NCBI GenBank assembly: GCA_951406725.2
Contig: OX597825.1
Location: forward strand, 85,312,001-85,376,000
From: Octopus vulgaris
Lineage: Eukaryota
Direction: 5' to 3'
Length of the DNA: 64,000 nucleotides
Below, piece by piece: positions 43,089 through 57,789 of the stretch. The position numbers were made by a program, and so were the translations under genes. Below the pieces are notes generated by a model, which ran no database searches, was not told where the DNA came from, and saw nothing but the letters and a program-made list of their open reading frames with translations. The first letter of the stretch is position 1. Each line of letters opens with the position of its first letter.

Positions 43089-43176
43089 TGCGTGTTTATA
43101 TATATATGTTTATATATAATTGTTTGTTTGTTTTCCACCTGCCTTCGTCTTTTGTCTATTTTCATAAAGCTTCCCG

Positions 43177-43211
<35 letters not shown>

Positions 43212-43320
43212 GAAGATTTGGTTGACTGGAGGCCATACTAGAAGACACATGCCCAAAATGCCACGCAAGGACTGAACCCTGAACCATTTCTGTTGGAAGC
43301 AAGCTTCCTACCACGCTACA
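42925..43320 (-). mobile_element. SINE family B interrupted by microsatellites and a Penelope-like end (~43120-43180)
   Basis: ggccatgctggggcactgc...; agaagacacatgcccaaaatgccacgcaaggactgaacc. Confidence 0.7.
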
Positions 43321-43394
43321 TGTGCACATGTACACATGCATTCATACATATGCATATCTCTACTCAGATGCACAAATAAATGTGTGCGTGTGTG

Positions 43395-43450
<56 letters not shown>

Positions 43451-44149
43451 GCTACGAAGTGTCAGGTGATATCTTCCTCAACGAATGCATTCCATGTTGA
43501 GAATAATCATTAGCTTGCGAATTATATTTGCTGTTTAGCGTTTTGATGTGAAGCAGAATTACAGAAAATTGGTAAAGAGCCAAGATCTTGGTTCAGCAAT
43601 AAATTTTCTTTATCTCTAATTCCCCCACCCCCTTCTCTCTCTCTCCTTCTTTTCTCTCTCTCTATCTATTTGTCTATCTTTCGTTTTCGCCTTTGCTCTC
43701 TTATCTATCCGATCCATTTCCTTTATAACCTCAATCGAATTTATTCCTCTGATCATACAATTATTATCACAAACATCTTACTCGTGTTAATATATGAAAA
43801 GTGAGCAAAAAGTCCTTTTTTGTTCTTATTTATAATATTTCAATAATCTTTTTAACATTTTATTTTTATTTTTATTTTTTTACTTTGAAGTGAACGAAAA
43901 ACACCAACACGTTTTTTGCGGGGGTTGATGTCGCAGCATGGTAGTTAACCTACATTCCAATATCTTGTAGAGCCCCACAGACTGGTGCTGTCCGCGCAGA
44001 CAGGTGCTGTTGTCGTATTCTAACTGTATGTTTGCAGCTTCCTGGCATCAGTGACGGACTACAGACAGAGGATTTTGATGCCTTGTTTGGCAGTCATCAA
44101 CCACTTTCGACCAAAGGCCCAACTGCAGAAGCTGATTCCATACGAGTTG

Positions 44150-44738
44150 GTGAGAGAGCTGAGCGAAATGCTTAACGGTATTTCTTGTGGGTAGTAAGAA
44201 ACAGGTATTTCGTCTGCCGCTGCGTTCTGAGTTCAAATTCTGCCGAGAGTCGACTTTGCCTTTCATCCTTTCGGGGTCGATTAAATAAGTACCAGTTACG
44301 CACTGGGGTCGATATAATCGACTTAATCAGTTTGTCTGTCCTTGTTTGTCCTCTCTGTGTTTAGCCCCTTGTGGGTAGTAAAGAAACAGGTATTTCGTCT
44401 GCCGCTGCGTTCTGAGTTCAAATTCTGCCGGAGTCGACTTTGCCTTTCATCCTTTCGGGGTCGATTAAATAAGTACCAGTTACGCACTGGGGTCGATATA
44501 ATCGACTTAATCAGTTTGTCTGTCCTTGTTTGTCCTCTCTGTGTTTAGCACCTTGTGGATAGTAAAGAAACGAGTATTTCGTCTGCCGCTGCGTTCTGAG
44601 TTCAAATTCTGCCGGAGTCGACTTTGCCTTTCATCCTTTCGGGATGAATTAAGTACCAGTTACGTACTGGAGTTGATATAATCGACTTAATCCCTTCCCC
44701 CAAATTTGAGGCCTTGTGCTTGTAGTAGAAAGGATTAC

Positions 44739-44740
<2 letters not shown>
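44150..44740 (+). mobile_element. SINE family A trimer
   Basis: (g)gtatttcgtctgccgctgcgttctgag at 44204, 44389 and ~44574; last unit has the ordinary tail and runs into (tag)n. Confidence 0.92.
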
Positions 44741-44772
<32 letters not shown>

Positions 44773-45229
44773 TGTTGTTGTTGTTGTTGTTGTCTTTTTT
44801 CTGATTTGCTGTAACCATTTCAAAATATTCTCTCTCCACTTCGATTACTCACCAATTACTCTAAACACTATCGATTGCTCTTTCATGTTCAATCATGATC
44901 TTTTTATATTTATTATTTTACTATTTTATTTTATTTTATTTTATTTTATTTTATTTACGTTTTGTCTTTTCATTTTTTTTGTTAAAGAGAAATATATTCG
45001 AAGTATTTGGAGTCGCGTTAATTTTATAGTCCAAAAGTTAAATAGCAAAGAAAATGATCAGGTGATTAGGGGGTTTGTGACGGGAGCTGCGGGTGCAGGA
45101 AGGGACCCTAATTGGCCGGTGGGTGGCGGGGTGTCGATCCAGCAAATCAAGACTGTCGCCATCGATCTATTGAACTTTCAAGAAATGATTGGCGATAAAA
45201 GGGCGAAAACTAAAGAGAACACGTAAGGT

Positions 45230-45770
<541 letters not shown>

Positions 45771-46105
45771 GGGAAACAGAATGATGAAAGAGAGTTTCAA
45801 AGATCAGTGAATGTAGATAGGTAATGTGTAATGGTGGTTGCTAACAGCCCTAAACGTAATCTTGTGTCGTCTGGAATGGTTCTGAGAAAAGAGAGAATCT
45901 TATCTCGCCGTTCAACAATCGAATAGAAACATCGATGGAAAGAAAACATGGCGTCAATGGCCAATGGCTGTGCTGCGGCTTTGAATTGGGTGCAATTCGC
46001 TCCATTTGGCTGCTTAATGGAATCAACTGCTCTCGCAGATAGACATCGCTGTTTCCTCTTGTTGCTCTTTGGCTACCGACATTACTGCTTCGCTAATGAC
46101 TCAAC

Positions 46106-46158
<53 letters not shown>

Positions 46159-46317
46159 CTATCTCTCTCTTCTCCCTATCTCTATCTTTCTCTCTTTCTC
46201 TCTCTTCCTTTCATATCGGACCGGCGATCTTATTCTAACTCACAATAAGGATAAGCGAGAGAAACTTTGGATCATTAGCTTACTGTGTGTGGGTGTATAC
46301 ACATACACACATACACA

Positions 46318-46355
<38 letters not shown>

Positions 46356-46590
46356 TACACACACAAACACACGCACAACTGTAATGGATGAGACTAGTTA
46401 GCGAAGATATAACGACGCATTCACTACTCGACATATGTGTGTATATCTATATACATACATACATGTGTATATATAATCATTGATAAGCTGTTATTTCGAA
46501 TGAGACAAGTCTAACAGTTAACCTTTGCTTAGAACTTCACCTAAATCTACGTACGTCCAACAATTTGTTCTCCGAATTATCTTTGGTATC

Positions 46591-46636
<46 letters not shown>

Positions 46637-46639
46637 ATA

Positions 46640-46785
46640 GGCGTAGGAGTGGCTGTGTGGTGAGTAGCTTGCTTACGAACAACATGGTTCCGGGTTCAAT
46701 CCCACTGCGTGGCACCTTGGGCGAGTTCTACTATAGCCTCGGGCCGACCAAAACCTTGTGAGTGGATTTGGTAGGCGGAAACTAC
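46640..46785 (+). mobile_element. SINE family B, 5' part
   Basis: ggcgtaggagtggctgtgtggtgagtagcttgc...gggttcaatcccactgcgtggcaccttggg. Confidence 0.85.
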
Positions 46786-46789
46786 AAGA

Positions 46790-47606
46790 TGCAGTGAGTA
46801 TATTGTCATCTAAGTTACACAAATATGAAAATAACACTGACATCTCATTTTAACTTATATTTACCAAAATTACATAAAAAATCTTGAAATACTGAAGAGT
46901 AAATTCATTTAATAAAATCGCAATTGGCTTCAATCACGGCCACCAGACGATTTCGTAATCTCCTGCAACCCTTCTGGGCGGTCTCCTTGTTTAAGGTGGT
47001 GAATGTTGCTACAATTTTTGCCTTCAGTTCATCTTTGGTGTTACTAAGAGTTTTGTTGGTCTCTCGCTCACTGCGCCCTACATATAATAATTAAGGGGTT
47101 TGCATTCTGGAGATTTTTGTTGTCACATGTTAGGGGTGATGTGGTCGCAGAAATTATATGACAGCCATGACTGGGTCCTCTTGCTTGTGTGGCATGGTGC
47201 AGAATGCTCTTGGCAGAAACAGGATCTTCCAGCAGCCACCCAGGACAGCTCTACCTCCTCTAGGCACTCGATATAGGCCTCCGTGTTGAGTGTGAGGCCC
47301 TGTGGGAAGATGAATGGTGGCATAATGTCGCCATCAGTAGTGATCACTCTAAACAGCATGATGTTGACTGGATGCTGAGTTTTTATCACTCCCACCGCGA
47401 TTTTTATCACTTCCGGCTCGAATGCCAAGCAGTACAGCATATCGTTTCCAAATTTCTGGCAGAGTAAATTGCTTCATGGTACTGTTTTTCGCACAGACGG
47501 TGCCCAACTGCCCCTATTATACTGTGTAGTCGACAAATTCAATATTAAACAATGCGCATGCGCGAAATTAAACATGGAATATGACGGCAATTTACCCATC
47601 ACACCC

Positions 47607-47610
<4 letters not shown>
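46790..47610 (-). mobile_element. Internally deleted Tc1/mariner-superfamily element (maT/DD37D-like) with DDD-domain relic
   Basis: HPVNIMLFRVITTDGDIMPPFIFPQGLTLNTEAYIECLEEV...QEHSAPCHTSKRTQSWL; C-terminus RRFRNRLVAVIEAN; terminus cagggtg at ~47602-47608 next to (TA)n. Confidence 0.85.
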
Positions 47611-47670
<60 letters not shown>

Positions 47671-47675
47671 TATAT

Positions 47676-47844
47676 AGTTGAAATTTATGGAAAAACAAAA
47701 GACGAAGACGGGTGTATGAACAACAATCAGGTATTTTAGTTTGAAGCTCAGGAAAAGTGAAAAAACCTTTTACGTTTCGAGCGTACGCTCTTAAACAGAA
47801 AAGAATTAGAGAAAATAAACAGAGAGAGAGAATGAAAAAGCTTG

Positions 47845-47850
<6 letters not shown>
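47676..47850 (-). mobile_element. Penelope-like pLTR fragment in (TA)n; its first ~65 bp recur at ~48028-48095
   Basis: tagttgaaatttatggaaaaacaaaagacgaagacgggtgta...tacgtttcgagcgtacgctc. Confidence 0.6.
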
Positions 47851-47893
<43 letters not shown>

Positions 47894-47925
47894 GCGAAAC
47901 AGCCTGCTGCTAGCCATCTTATTTT

Positions 47926-48030
<105 letters not shown>

Positions 48031-48614
48031 GTTGAAATTTACAGAAAATCAAAAGACGAAGACAGGTGTATAAACAACCACGTGTATTTAGTTTCATATG
48101 TTTATATATACGTGTGTGTGTGTGTGTATGTATCTATGTATATATACACACTCATACGAAGAGCTTGCTCACAGTTTCAGTTTATCGAAATCAATGTTAT
48201 CTCATTGATGGGTCCAACCCGGAGCAGAAGGCACTTTCCAATAGTTCTGTGCAAGGGAACGGAACCCGAAACCAAAGGATTACAAAGTGCATCTTCTTAA
48301 CCCCACAGCCATGCTTCGGTTTATAATACCTATAAGCCGATATGTGAACCGATCCAATGAGAAGTATGAACTATTAGGAACATCGCATATAGTTTCCCCT
48401 ACCATTAATGTTAGCACTAAAGAAATTCCAAAAGAATTCGATGAAAAAAAGAATTTCCCACCCAAGTTCCTGGTTCCTTCATGATCTTCATTAGTTCCAA
48501 CTAATTCTCGATGAGAAAAAGAAAGACAAAAGATAAAAGAGCAAAACGGAACTTATTCTTTTATTCCGCTCACTAAGAATTATTACATCCGTTCTGTTTT
48601 ACAGCATGTCCTAG

Positions 48615-48792
<178 letters not shown>

Positions 48793-48880
48793 TTCCTTCA
48801 TTTGATATGTACGTGTGTGTTGTATATGTGTGTGTATTTTATATATATATGTATGTATGCGTAAATATATATATATATAC

Positions 48881-48953
<73 letters not shown>

Positions 48954-49027
48954 TATATATATATATATATATATACATATATATATGTGTGTGTTTGTGT
49001 GTGTTATTGCACATACATGTACACACA

Positions 49028-49084
<57 letters not shown>

Positions 49085-49429
49085 CCTCATATGTTCTCAC
49101 ATATACATTAATAGTCACGTGTATATAATACATACATGCACACACACACACATCATTATTTTTATCAGCTTCACCTCATGTCTACTCAACTTCATCAGTT
49201 TTCTTACATTAAATACTTTTCTATAAAACTTTCTTTCTTTCTCTCTTCCATCATCTCATTACAACTTCATGATTTATCCCCATCTTTACTGCAGATATAT
49301 GTTCTAACTATTCTCACCTTTAATTACTTGCAACAGCGCTTCTTTCCACACTCTTACACGCAAATATAAGCATATATATTGTTTTTTTTTATATGACGTC
49401 AACAATGTATTCTTTTCTACTCTAGGCTC

Positions 49430-49920
49430 AAGAAAACTCTGGAAGAGAATCTGTAGTGGTTTCGCCAGGGCACTGTTACACGATTTGAGGAGGAATACAA
49501 GGAAACCATCAGGACCAGCAGTTGAGTTTGCGTCCACCCCATCTATGGCTAGTATTATGTCTTCTTCACCAATCTCGATGTAATCCATGGTAACTGCCTC
49601 GCTGGTTATGGGTGAGGCGGTAAAGAATTCCACTGGTTCATTCACTTGTCTGTGTTCCAATGGGGTGGAGAAGACACTATTGAACTGGTCATTCAGTACC
49701 TCACTGATCCAGGCAGGGTTATCTGTGAGATAGCCATCCTTTCGGAAGAGGATGTCCTATTTTGCAGCGAACTGAGGCTGTTTCTTTGGCATAATGAAAG
49801 AAGGCCTTTGGGTTTGACTCGATAATTTTCATAAGCCAGTCTTTTTTGCCTTCTCAATCCTTCACATGGGATTGTTGCAGGCTTTTTTCAATCCCCATCT
49901 GTGTTGTTTTTAGGCAGGAC
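49430..49920 (-). mobile_element. CR1/L2-group LINE ORF2 fragment (linker to RT start)
   Basis: SNPKAFFHYAK...ISEVLNDQFNSVFSTP...EEDIILAIDGVDANSTAGPDGF...LKSCNSALAKPLQILFQSFLE. Confidence 0.85.
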
Positions 49921-49983
49921 CTTTCACTACTTTTGGGATGTTGGTTGAAACGATTTACAACCTTCGTCCGTCGTCTCATAGGA

Positions 49984-50071
<88 letters not shown>

Positions 50072-50157
50072 GATCTTGTTCTTTTTTGTGTTGGCCTTGT
50101 TTTCTTTGACATTTTTCCGGCATATTGGTTTGCATAACAGACATGAAATATTCTAGT

Positions 50158-50207
<50 letters not shown>

Positions 50208-50218
50208 TATATATATAT

Positions 50219-50261
<43 letters not shown>

Positions 50262-50265
<4 letters not shown>

Positions 50266-50500
50266 GTGAGAATTTACAACAAAAAAAAGACGTAGACGGG
50301 TGTGTAAACAACGAATAGATGTATTAGTTTAACGCTCGGGAAGTGAGAAAGTATTTTACGTTTCGAGCCTACGCTCTTCGACAGAAAGTAGCACTCAAAT
50401 AAAAATGAGAAAATAGAATAGGTTTAGTGGCTAGCGATCTATCATGGCGAATGCCGGACAGAAAGGTCGCACAAGAGAGGTAGGAAAAAAGGGGGAATTA
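50262..50500 (-). mobile_element. Penelope-like pLTR fragment with a hammerhead-like motif
   Basis: Minus strand: cttt-CTGTCGA-agagcgtaggctc-GAAAC-GTA-aaat. Confidence 0.6.
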
Positions 50501-51060
50501 CTTGACTACTTTAATGCTTAAATGATTTGAATGATTAAGTTTACTGAGATCGTAATAAAACAGATTAAAATCTGAGATGTATTAAAGGAGTTTATCATTT
50601 TAGTTCAATTACATGAGAATTCGAAATTTCTTGTATTTTAATATATATAGATATATACATAGAGAGAGAGAGAGATAGAAAGATATATATATGTGTGTAG
50701 TGTATATATTTATATGTTTATATACATACAAGTACAGATATTTATATATTTATACCTATATGAACGTACATTATATATATATTTACATATGTGCACATAT
50801 GCACATATATATATATATATATATATATATGTATACACATATACATACATATACACATATATATACACGCATACGCAAACATATATATAGAGAGAGAGGG
50901 GGAGGGAGATAGAGAGGGCGGACATAGAGAGGGAGTTAATGTAAATAGGGTTAAATATAAGTTGGATTAGAGGGATCTATGCTTTTAATTTAATTGGAAG
51001 CTTGCAGTATTTTAATAAACATTATGTTTGTACATGTATGGATATATGTACGAATGCGTG

Positions 51061-51118
<58 letters not shown>

Positions 51119-51468
51119 AGAGAGAGGTATGTGCGTGTGTTTTTATGGCAGTTTTTGCATATATGTGTATATTTATATAACTAAATTGAAGTTAATAACT
51201 TTCAAATTGTAGATAATCCCACTGCTTATTATATTGATAAATCTATTCTTTTGAGATAACGAAATGGATTTATACCGAAATTCATGCACGTTTATATAGC
51301 GAGTTTATTAATATGTGTTTTAGTTCTAAAAATATGCGGTGTTTCATGTAATTGTCCTCCATAACTTACAGTCACACCCATAAAACCGTTTACCATTAAC
51401 TCTAACATAAGATGTTCTTTTCTACTCTAGGCAAAAGGCCCGAAATTTTGGGGAAGGGGTCCAGTCGA

Positions 51469-51499
<31 letters not shown>

Positions 51500-51737
51500 A
51501 TTTCAAAATGGCTGACGGTTAGTAAGGAGAGACATAAATAAGAAAGAAGAAAACAAAGGACGACTGATGCGGTCACAGGAGTGTGACGAAAGAACTCTGG
51601 CCGAAATAAGATTAAGATTAATGTAAAAAATAAATAACACTGAAGCAAAATAACACCAAATATATAGTGCGTGTGTTTTAATTGGCTAAACTGGCAAAAT
51701 GACCATTCCGAAATATAACTGGCTTTCGATAAAAGAC

Positions 51738-51860
51738 AATACAGGAGGATCAGTTAATTATAATCTTATTCAATATACCCCTTTCTCTGATACTCACACT
51801 TACTGCAGCGGTCCTTCAGTTTTTCTAAGCCTTGTAAAAGAACTCTGAAGTTTGGGCCTT
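51738..51860 (-). mobile_element. Possible mariner C-terminal relic
   Basis: Frameshifted FFYK(G)LEKLKDRCSKCEYQRKGYIE* resembles mariner termini. Confidence 0.35.
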
Positions 51861-54367
51861 TCGCGACGCCCTTAAACCCAGGAACTTTGCAGTCCCATCC
51901 CCACCCCTCGTATTAACAAAAGCGTGGTATACACTACTAAAGCATCCTGGATTTCGAATTGCGATGGTACTTGGCGATATCCTTCCAAAACACGACTCAA
52001 GCTTCCTCTACAACTTCTTGTAGACTTTCGGTAAAACTGATGTCAGAGATTCAACATCGGTCTGCTTTTTTATCGACAGCAAAGAAATTATTCTCAACCA
52101 TTCCTTCAGCAAGTCCTACAGGACTTGCATACAATTGCAATTTATGCAGTATTGATAGAGACTGGTTGAAAGAATCTTAACCAACTGGAAATCTTGCATA
52201 CCACAGGAACAGTTCCATCTTAATTTTGCTGTATTTGATGTCTTATTTTAAACTCTTCTTCCTGCTTTTACTTGATCTCTTTCCGTCTCTCTCTCTCCCT
52301 CTCTCTCTCTCTCTTTCTCTCTTCCCCTCTCTCTCTCTCTCTCTCTCTCATGTCCTGACCTTTTCTGTCTTGGCTATATTTTTGTAGAACAGATATCCTC
52401 CTGGGAAATATGTTTCTTCCAATTTCCTGTATATTGATATACAATGGAAGAGGAAGGACGAGAAATTCTGCTTCTGTGTTTCATGTAAGAAATCAAAAAC
52501 ATTTATATATGTATACATACATATGCACACATATACATATGCATACATACATATATATAATCAGAGAGAGAGAGAGAGTGAGAAATATATGGATATATAT
52601 AATACGTATATGTATGTATAAATATATATACAAACACACGTTTGTATATATTCATGCGTACGTGTGTGTCTGTCTGTGTGGGATTGTGTGTGTTTATCTC
52701 TGTGTGTTTGTGTCATCGATTTAGTTACAAAAATATATGAAGATTTTTCTCCAAATCTCTTAACAATTCTGTCTCCTATCTCTTCCAAATCGTACCGTTT
52801 CAGGACAAGGAAGTTCGTCTGCCATACCTGACATTCATTTTCAGACATTCATTTCACAAAAATTTATTTTCAGTGTTAGCATAAGTTAGGTATTTGTTGG
52901 TAAAAATATCATTTTTTTTTTATGTTGAACACGAAACAATCACACACAAGATGGCGTTCAGTATGAAATTGCTCCAAGACATAAGAGGAATCAATATAAA
53001 CTTGCTTTTATTCAAATTAAAGTATAATGTTTTCTAAAAGAGACACATGTCAAATAGTTCACTGGGGGAATGGTTAGATATACCAATACTTGGCTAATAA
53101 AATGAGAAGCCCAATTCAATCCCGGAAGTATGTGATCTGGGGACGTAAAGATGTGTATTTAAATGCCACAAATGGGAAGCCTTTTGTCAGTCGCTTTATA
53201 AAATATAGATCATAAATATACATGTATGTGTTTGTATGAATCAATGATTTGTGGAGTGAGATCTTTCGAATTGGAGATAGACTATCAGATCGAATCCTAG
53301 ATTTGATCAGGTCACTTCAGTAATCACACACTTGCCAATGGGACAAGTGTAGATAGAGAAAAATTTCACTTCCGCTTGTGTTATATATCTGAGATTTTGT
53401 AAGAGGTCAACAACTTAGATATTTCGAATAAATTTATTTTATTTTATTTTTCGATTTGCGTGTTAAATATTCGTTGCTTGTTTTAAATGTTGGTGTTTGA
53501 TTGTCTGTGGATTGTAAGACGAAGCTGTTTACACCCCGCTCAGTATGTATAAAATAATAATAAATTAAATATAAAAGACTATAACAAGCACACACACAGA
53601 CACCGAGTGAGAAGAGAAAACAATTTGGAATAAAAGCACCACAACATGTTCTTTCGACTAATCAGCAACGCCAGATTCCACCTCAATGGATAAACCAAAC
53701 CAAAGTAAACGAAAGTGGAACAAAACATTACAACCAATAAACCAGAAAATATCGAATTCAGATGTTTTCCAAGACACATCTACAGCATTTCCTTTATTTA
53801 GTAAGACGAATTCTAAGCAGCACACAGACAAAGAACAAAGACACATTAATTCTTTGTTTTGGGCATCACGTAGATTACCAAAATTACATTCTTTGCTGTA
53901 AAGTTTCCTTCTCTTCTTTCTTTTTCTTCATTTCTCTTTTAAAGAATGTTTTTCTGAGGAAACATTTTCAGACTATCAGGAAGTTATTTTGTTTGTCTCT
54001 CTGTGAGGTCCAACTTGGAAAGATTTACGAAAATATCAAAGGTGGAATTTTAACAATAATATTACAACAAACTTCCAGCAAGCTTTTTACTTCTTCTTCC
54101 ATTCCTATTCGTCTTTGCAATCTTTTATTCTCCCATTCTGACTTCTCTCTTTTTCATTCTCCTTCGCATTCATCCTTTCTTTACTTTCTTCAACCATTTT
54201 ATATTTTCATTCTCTTTCATTCTCTTTCACTCACTTTCCTTCTCTATTTACCCCCCTCCATCACCACCCCACCCAAGTGATTTTTCTATTTTCTCCTCTT
54301 TCTTTCTCCTTTTCTTCATCCCTTGTTATTCTTCATTGGGAGTGTATTTACGTACATACGTATGTAA

Positions 54368-54407
<40 letters not shown>

Positions 54408-54452
54408 TGTGTGTGTGTGCGAGTACGTGTTTGCATATATGTGTGTGCGTGT

Positions 54453-54496
<44 letters not shown>

Positions 54497-54609
54497 GCAA
54501 TGGAATATTCATATATACATACACACACACATATCCATGTGTATATGTATTTATATCTGTACAAATGTGTGTGTGTGTGCATATCTATCTATATATGCAT
54601 ATATATATG

Positions 54610-54651
<42 letters not shown>

Positions 54652-55984
54652 CATTTGTACAGCTGAGAGCTGGAATAAATACCATAAAGTGTTTTGTCCT
54701 ATACTCTACTGAATCTGCCAGTTTTATGCCTGTATCAATGACCGTGCAGTTCGTCCGTATTGTGTTTCGAAATACTTTGGAAATGGTGATCATAATCAAT
54801 GGAATATTCCTCACATCGATATAATTCAAGAGTGTCACCGACCGGGTAACTAAGATGCCTGGTGGCCTACAGTCAAATTGATGCTCTTATTTACCCACTG
54901 GTATAACACGATATTTCCCAATGGAATAATCTCCTTGGTTCTAAACAAGCACCACGGGATAGATATGTACCCCAGTTTGAAATGTTTCGTTAGATTGCAA
55001 GATCCAGTTCACATTTTTCTGTGGCTACAATAACTTATACAAAGTTACCATTATAACATCAATGGGATTTAGCTCTAATCTATAGAAAACAAGAGAGAAT
55101 AGGGAACAGACCGAGAATGTGTACGAATCGCTCGTCCGGCAGCAAATAGTTCTCAAATCTCCCTAAAATCAAGCCAAATGATTTATTAATAAGCATTTAA
55201 TAAGGCAGTCCTACTCGTCTCTGAACTGACCGTGATGTTCACGAATGGGACGCTTTACGTCATAAGTTTAGTCTGTCAATATTGAGCTAGAGTTCAGTAA
55301 CAATAACAACAAAACAACCACCTCATAGCACCTATTTACAGTTAGGAGATCCAGGTCGTTAATCCCAAAATATTTCCTAAAAACTTTTGTCAAACATTCT
55401 TTACACTAGAAATTTTTGACCATGGTGGACTCTAAAACGAAGTTCATCGATTTACGTATTCATACCTGTGTACATATTTGAATATGGATCACAGGTGTAA
55501 AAATCAATCTCTCCCAATGTATTACTGAATTTTAGTGTTAAAAAGATCGAACTATCGGAATAACTATAAATCGTTTAAACGCCAAAACCACAGAGTGTCA
55601 ATAACGACACAAATATTTGTAAAATTTTTTATCAAATCTGTGAATAAACAAAGCGAATAACAGTAAAGCAGAAAGATTTATATAATTTTATGTCAGGTAA
55701 AAAAAAAAAAAAAAGACGTGTTTTTATAGATGTGTTATTTAGAAATACATGGGTTCGATGAAATTTCATAACTGAAAAAAACAAACCTGGTTTAAAATTA
55801 ACCACGAATAGCACGACATAGGTTTTATCCCTTCTCGAAATCCGGTCCAGATTTACGAAATGAGATTTCATTATAAAAAATTTGTGGTACGTACTAACAC
55901 ACACACGCATGCCCGCGCACATGCAAACACTACCGTCAATTCGCTATCTTAAAGACAGCATATTTCACATGCACATACGTGTGT

Positions 55985-56026
<42 letters not shown>

Positions 56027-56027
<1 letters not shown>

Positions 56028-56390
56028 CGTGGTACCTTGGGCAAGTGTCTTCTACTATAGCCTCAAGCCGACCAAAGCCTTGTGAGTGGATTCGGTAGAC
56101 GGAAACTGAAAGAAGCCCGTCGTATATATGTATGTGTATGTGTGCGTGTGTCTGTGTGTGTGTGCGTGTGCGTGTGTGTGTGTGTGTGTATGTTTGTGTG
56201 TCTGTGTTTGTACCCCCACCATCGCTTGACAACCGATACTGGTGTGTTTACGTCCCCGTAACTTAACTGTTCGGCAAAGAGACCGATAGAATAAGTCCTG
56301 GGGTCGATTTGTTCGACTAAAGACGGTGCTCCAGCATGGCCACAGTCAAATGACTGAAACAAATAAAAGAATAAAAAGAATAAAAGAATA
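56027..56390 (+). mobile_element. SINE family B (5'-truncated)
   Basis: gcgtggtaccttgggcaagtgtcttctactatagcc...gtcaaatgactgaaacaaataaaagaataaa. Confidence 0.9.
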
Positions 56391-56394
56391 GTCG

Positions 56395-56610
56395 AAGGCA
56401 GCTGTTGGCAGAATCGTTAGCACACCGACAAGGTGCCTAGCGGCATTTCGTCCGTTTTTCCGTTCTGAGTTCAAATTCCGCTATGGTCGACTTTGCCCTT
56501 CATCCTTTTGGAGTCGACAAAACAAGTACCAGTCGAGCACTGGGATAGATGTAATTGACTTCCCTTCTCGCCGAAAACTGCTGGCTTTGTGCCTAAATTT
56601 GAAACGAATA
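56395..56610 (+). mobile_element. Monomeric SINE family A
   Basis: ttggcagaatcgttagcac...gagttcaaattccgc...catccttttggagtcgac...ggctttgtgcctaaa. Confidence 0.85.
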
Positions 56611-57324
56611 TTTGTGGAGCGGAAGAGGAGAGATTAAATGAGGAAAAATGATGGAAGCAGAGATCGTGAAGGACGAATTTGTAGGAGGCGAGCGTTAATT
56701 TGTTGTAGTTTGTGACAAAGGGAATAAAAATTAGAGGGAAGAGGTGAATGAGGCCGAGGGTCATTCAATAGCTTGTGGGGCACGTGTGTTGGGCAGTGCT
56801 GTAAGTGATCACCATTGATATACTAATTTATTTTTACGGCAGCTATTGTCTGTTGGAACGCTACTAATCCTTTGAAATACCAATAATTAATCCAAATTGT
56901 AGACGGGCGTCAGAATGAAGTAAAACTTGCTTTTCTTTTTCTTTTTGTAATTTAATTCGCCTGCCAAAATGTTGGATATTAAACACAATTATGGATATAA
57001 TTTCTGCTTATTTGAATTAGGAAACCTATGAAATCTACGCCTGCTGCGACTAATGTTATACAAATGCTTCCAAACTGTGTGTCGCCAATAATCTTTCGCT
57101 TTGTCGCGAAACTAAATCAAATATGAGCAATTTTTACGAATAACTTGACCGTGATATATATTTGAGATCTGACAACTTTGCATATAATTCAAACACGTGA
57201 CTGGTGACACGTGATAATATATTCAATCGTATATTTATTCACTTCGTTAATTTTGTGTCAAGAAGAATTTGAAAAATGTGGTGCCAATGTGAAGAATTTG
57301 GTTAATCGTGAACTTTTGTTCTTT

Positions 57325-57720
57325 TGTCTTTTAGTTGTTTCAGTCATTATAATGCGGCCAGGCTGGGGCACCGCCTTGAAGAAATCTAGTCGAATAATTT
57401 GACCCCAGGACTTTTTTAAAGACCAGTACTTATTCTATCGGTCTCTTATGCCGAACCGCTAAGTTATGGTATCATAAACACACCAACACCGGTTGTGGTA
57501 GGAGATAAATACAGATACAAAGGCATATACACATATTGATCAACAGATATATACGTGTACAACGGGATTCTTTCAGTTTCCGTCTATCAAATCCACCCAC
57601 TCAGAAGGCTTTGGTCGTCTCGAGACTATAGTAGAAGAGACTTGCTCAAGGTGTCACACAGTGGGACTGAACCCGGAATGATGTGGCTGGAAAGCAAACT
57701 TCTAACCACACGACCTCCTT
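57325..57720 (-). mobile_element. SINE family B
   Basis: gtttcagtcat...gccgaaccgctaagtta...cagtgggactgaacccggaa. Confidence 0.85.
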
Positions 57721-57789
57721 GTAGAACGTCTAAATATCGACGATTGGAGAAAGCAGGCTTCTTTTTCCAAAAAAACAATAAATGAGTAA

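Noticed and set aside
51561-51600. ctgatgcg-gtcac..gtgac-gaaa hammerhead-like motif
   Set aside because: The core has a substitution plus an extra base, and no convincing stem I.
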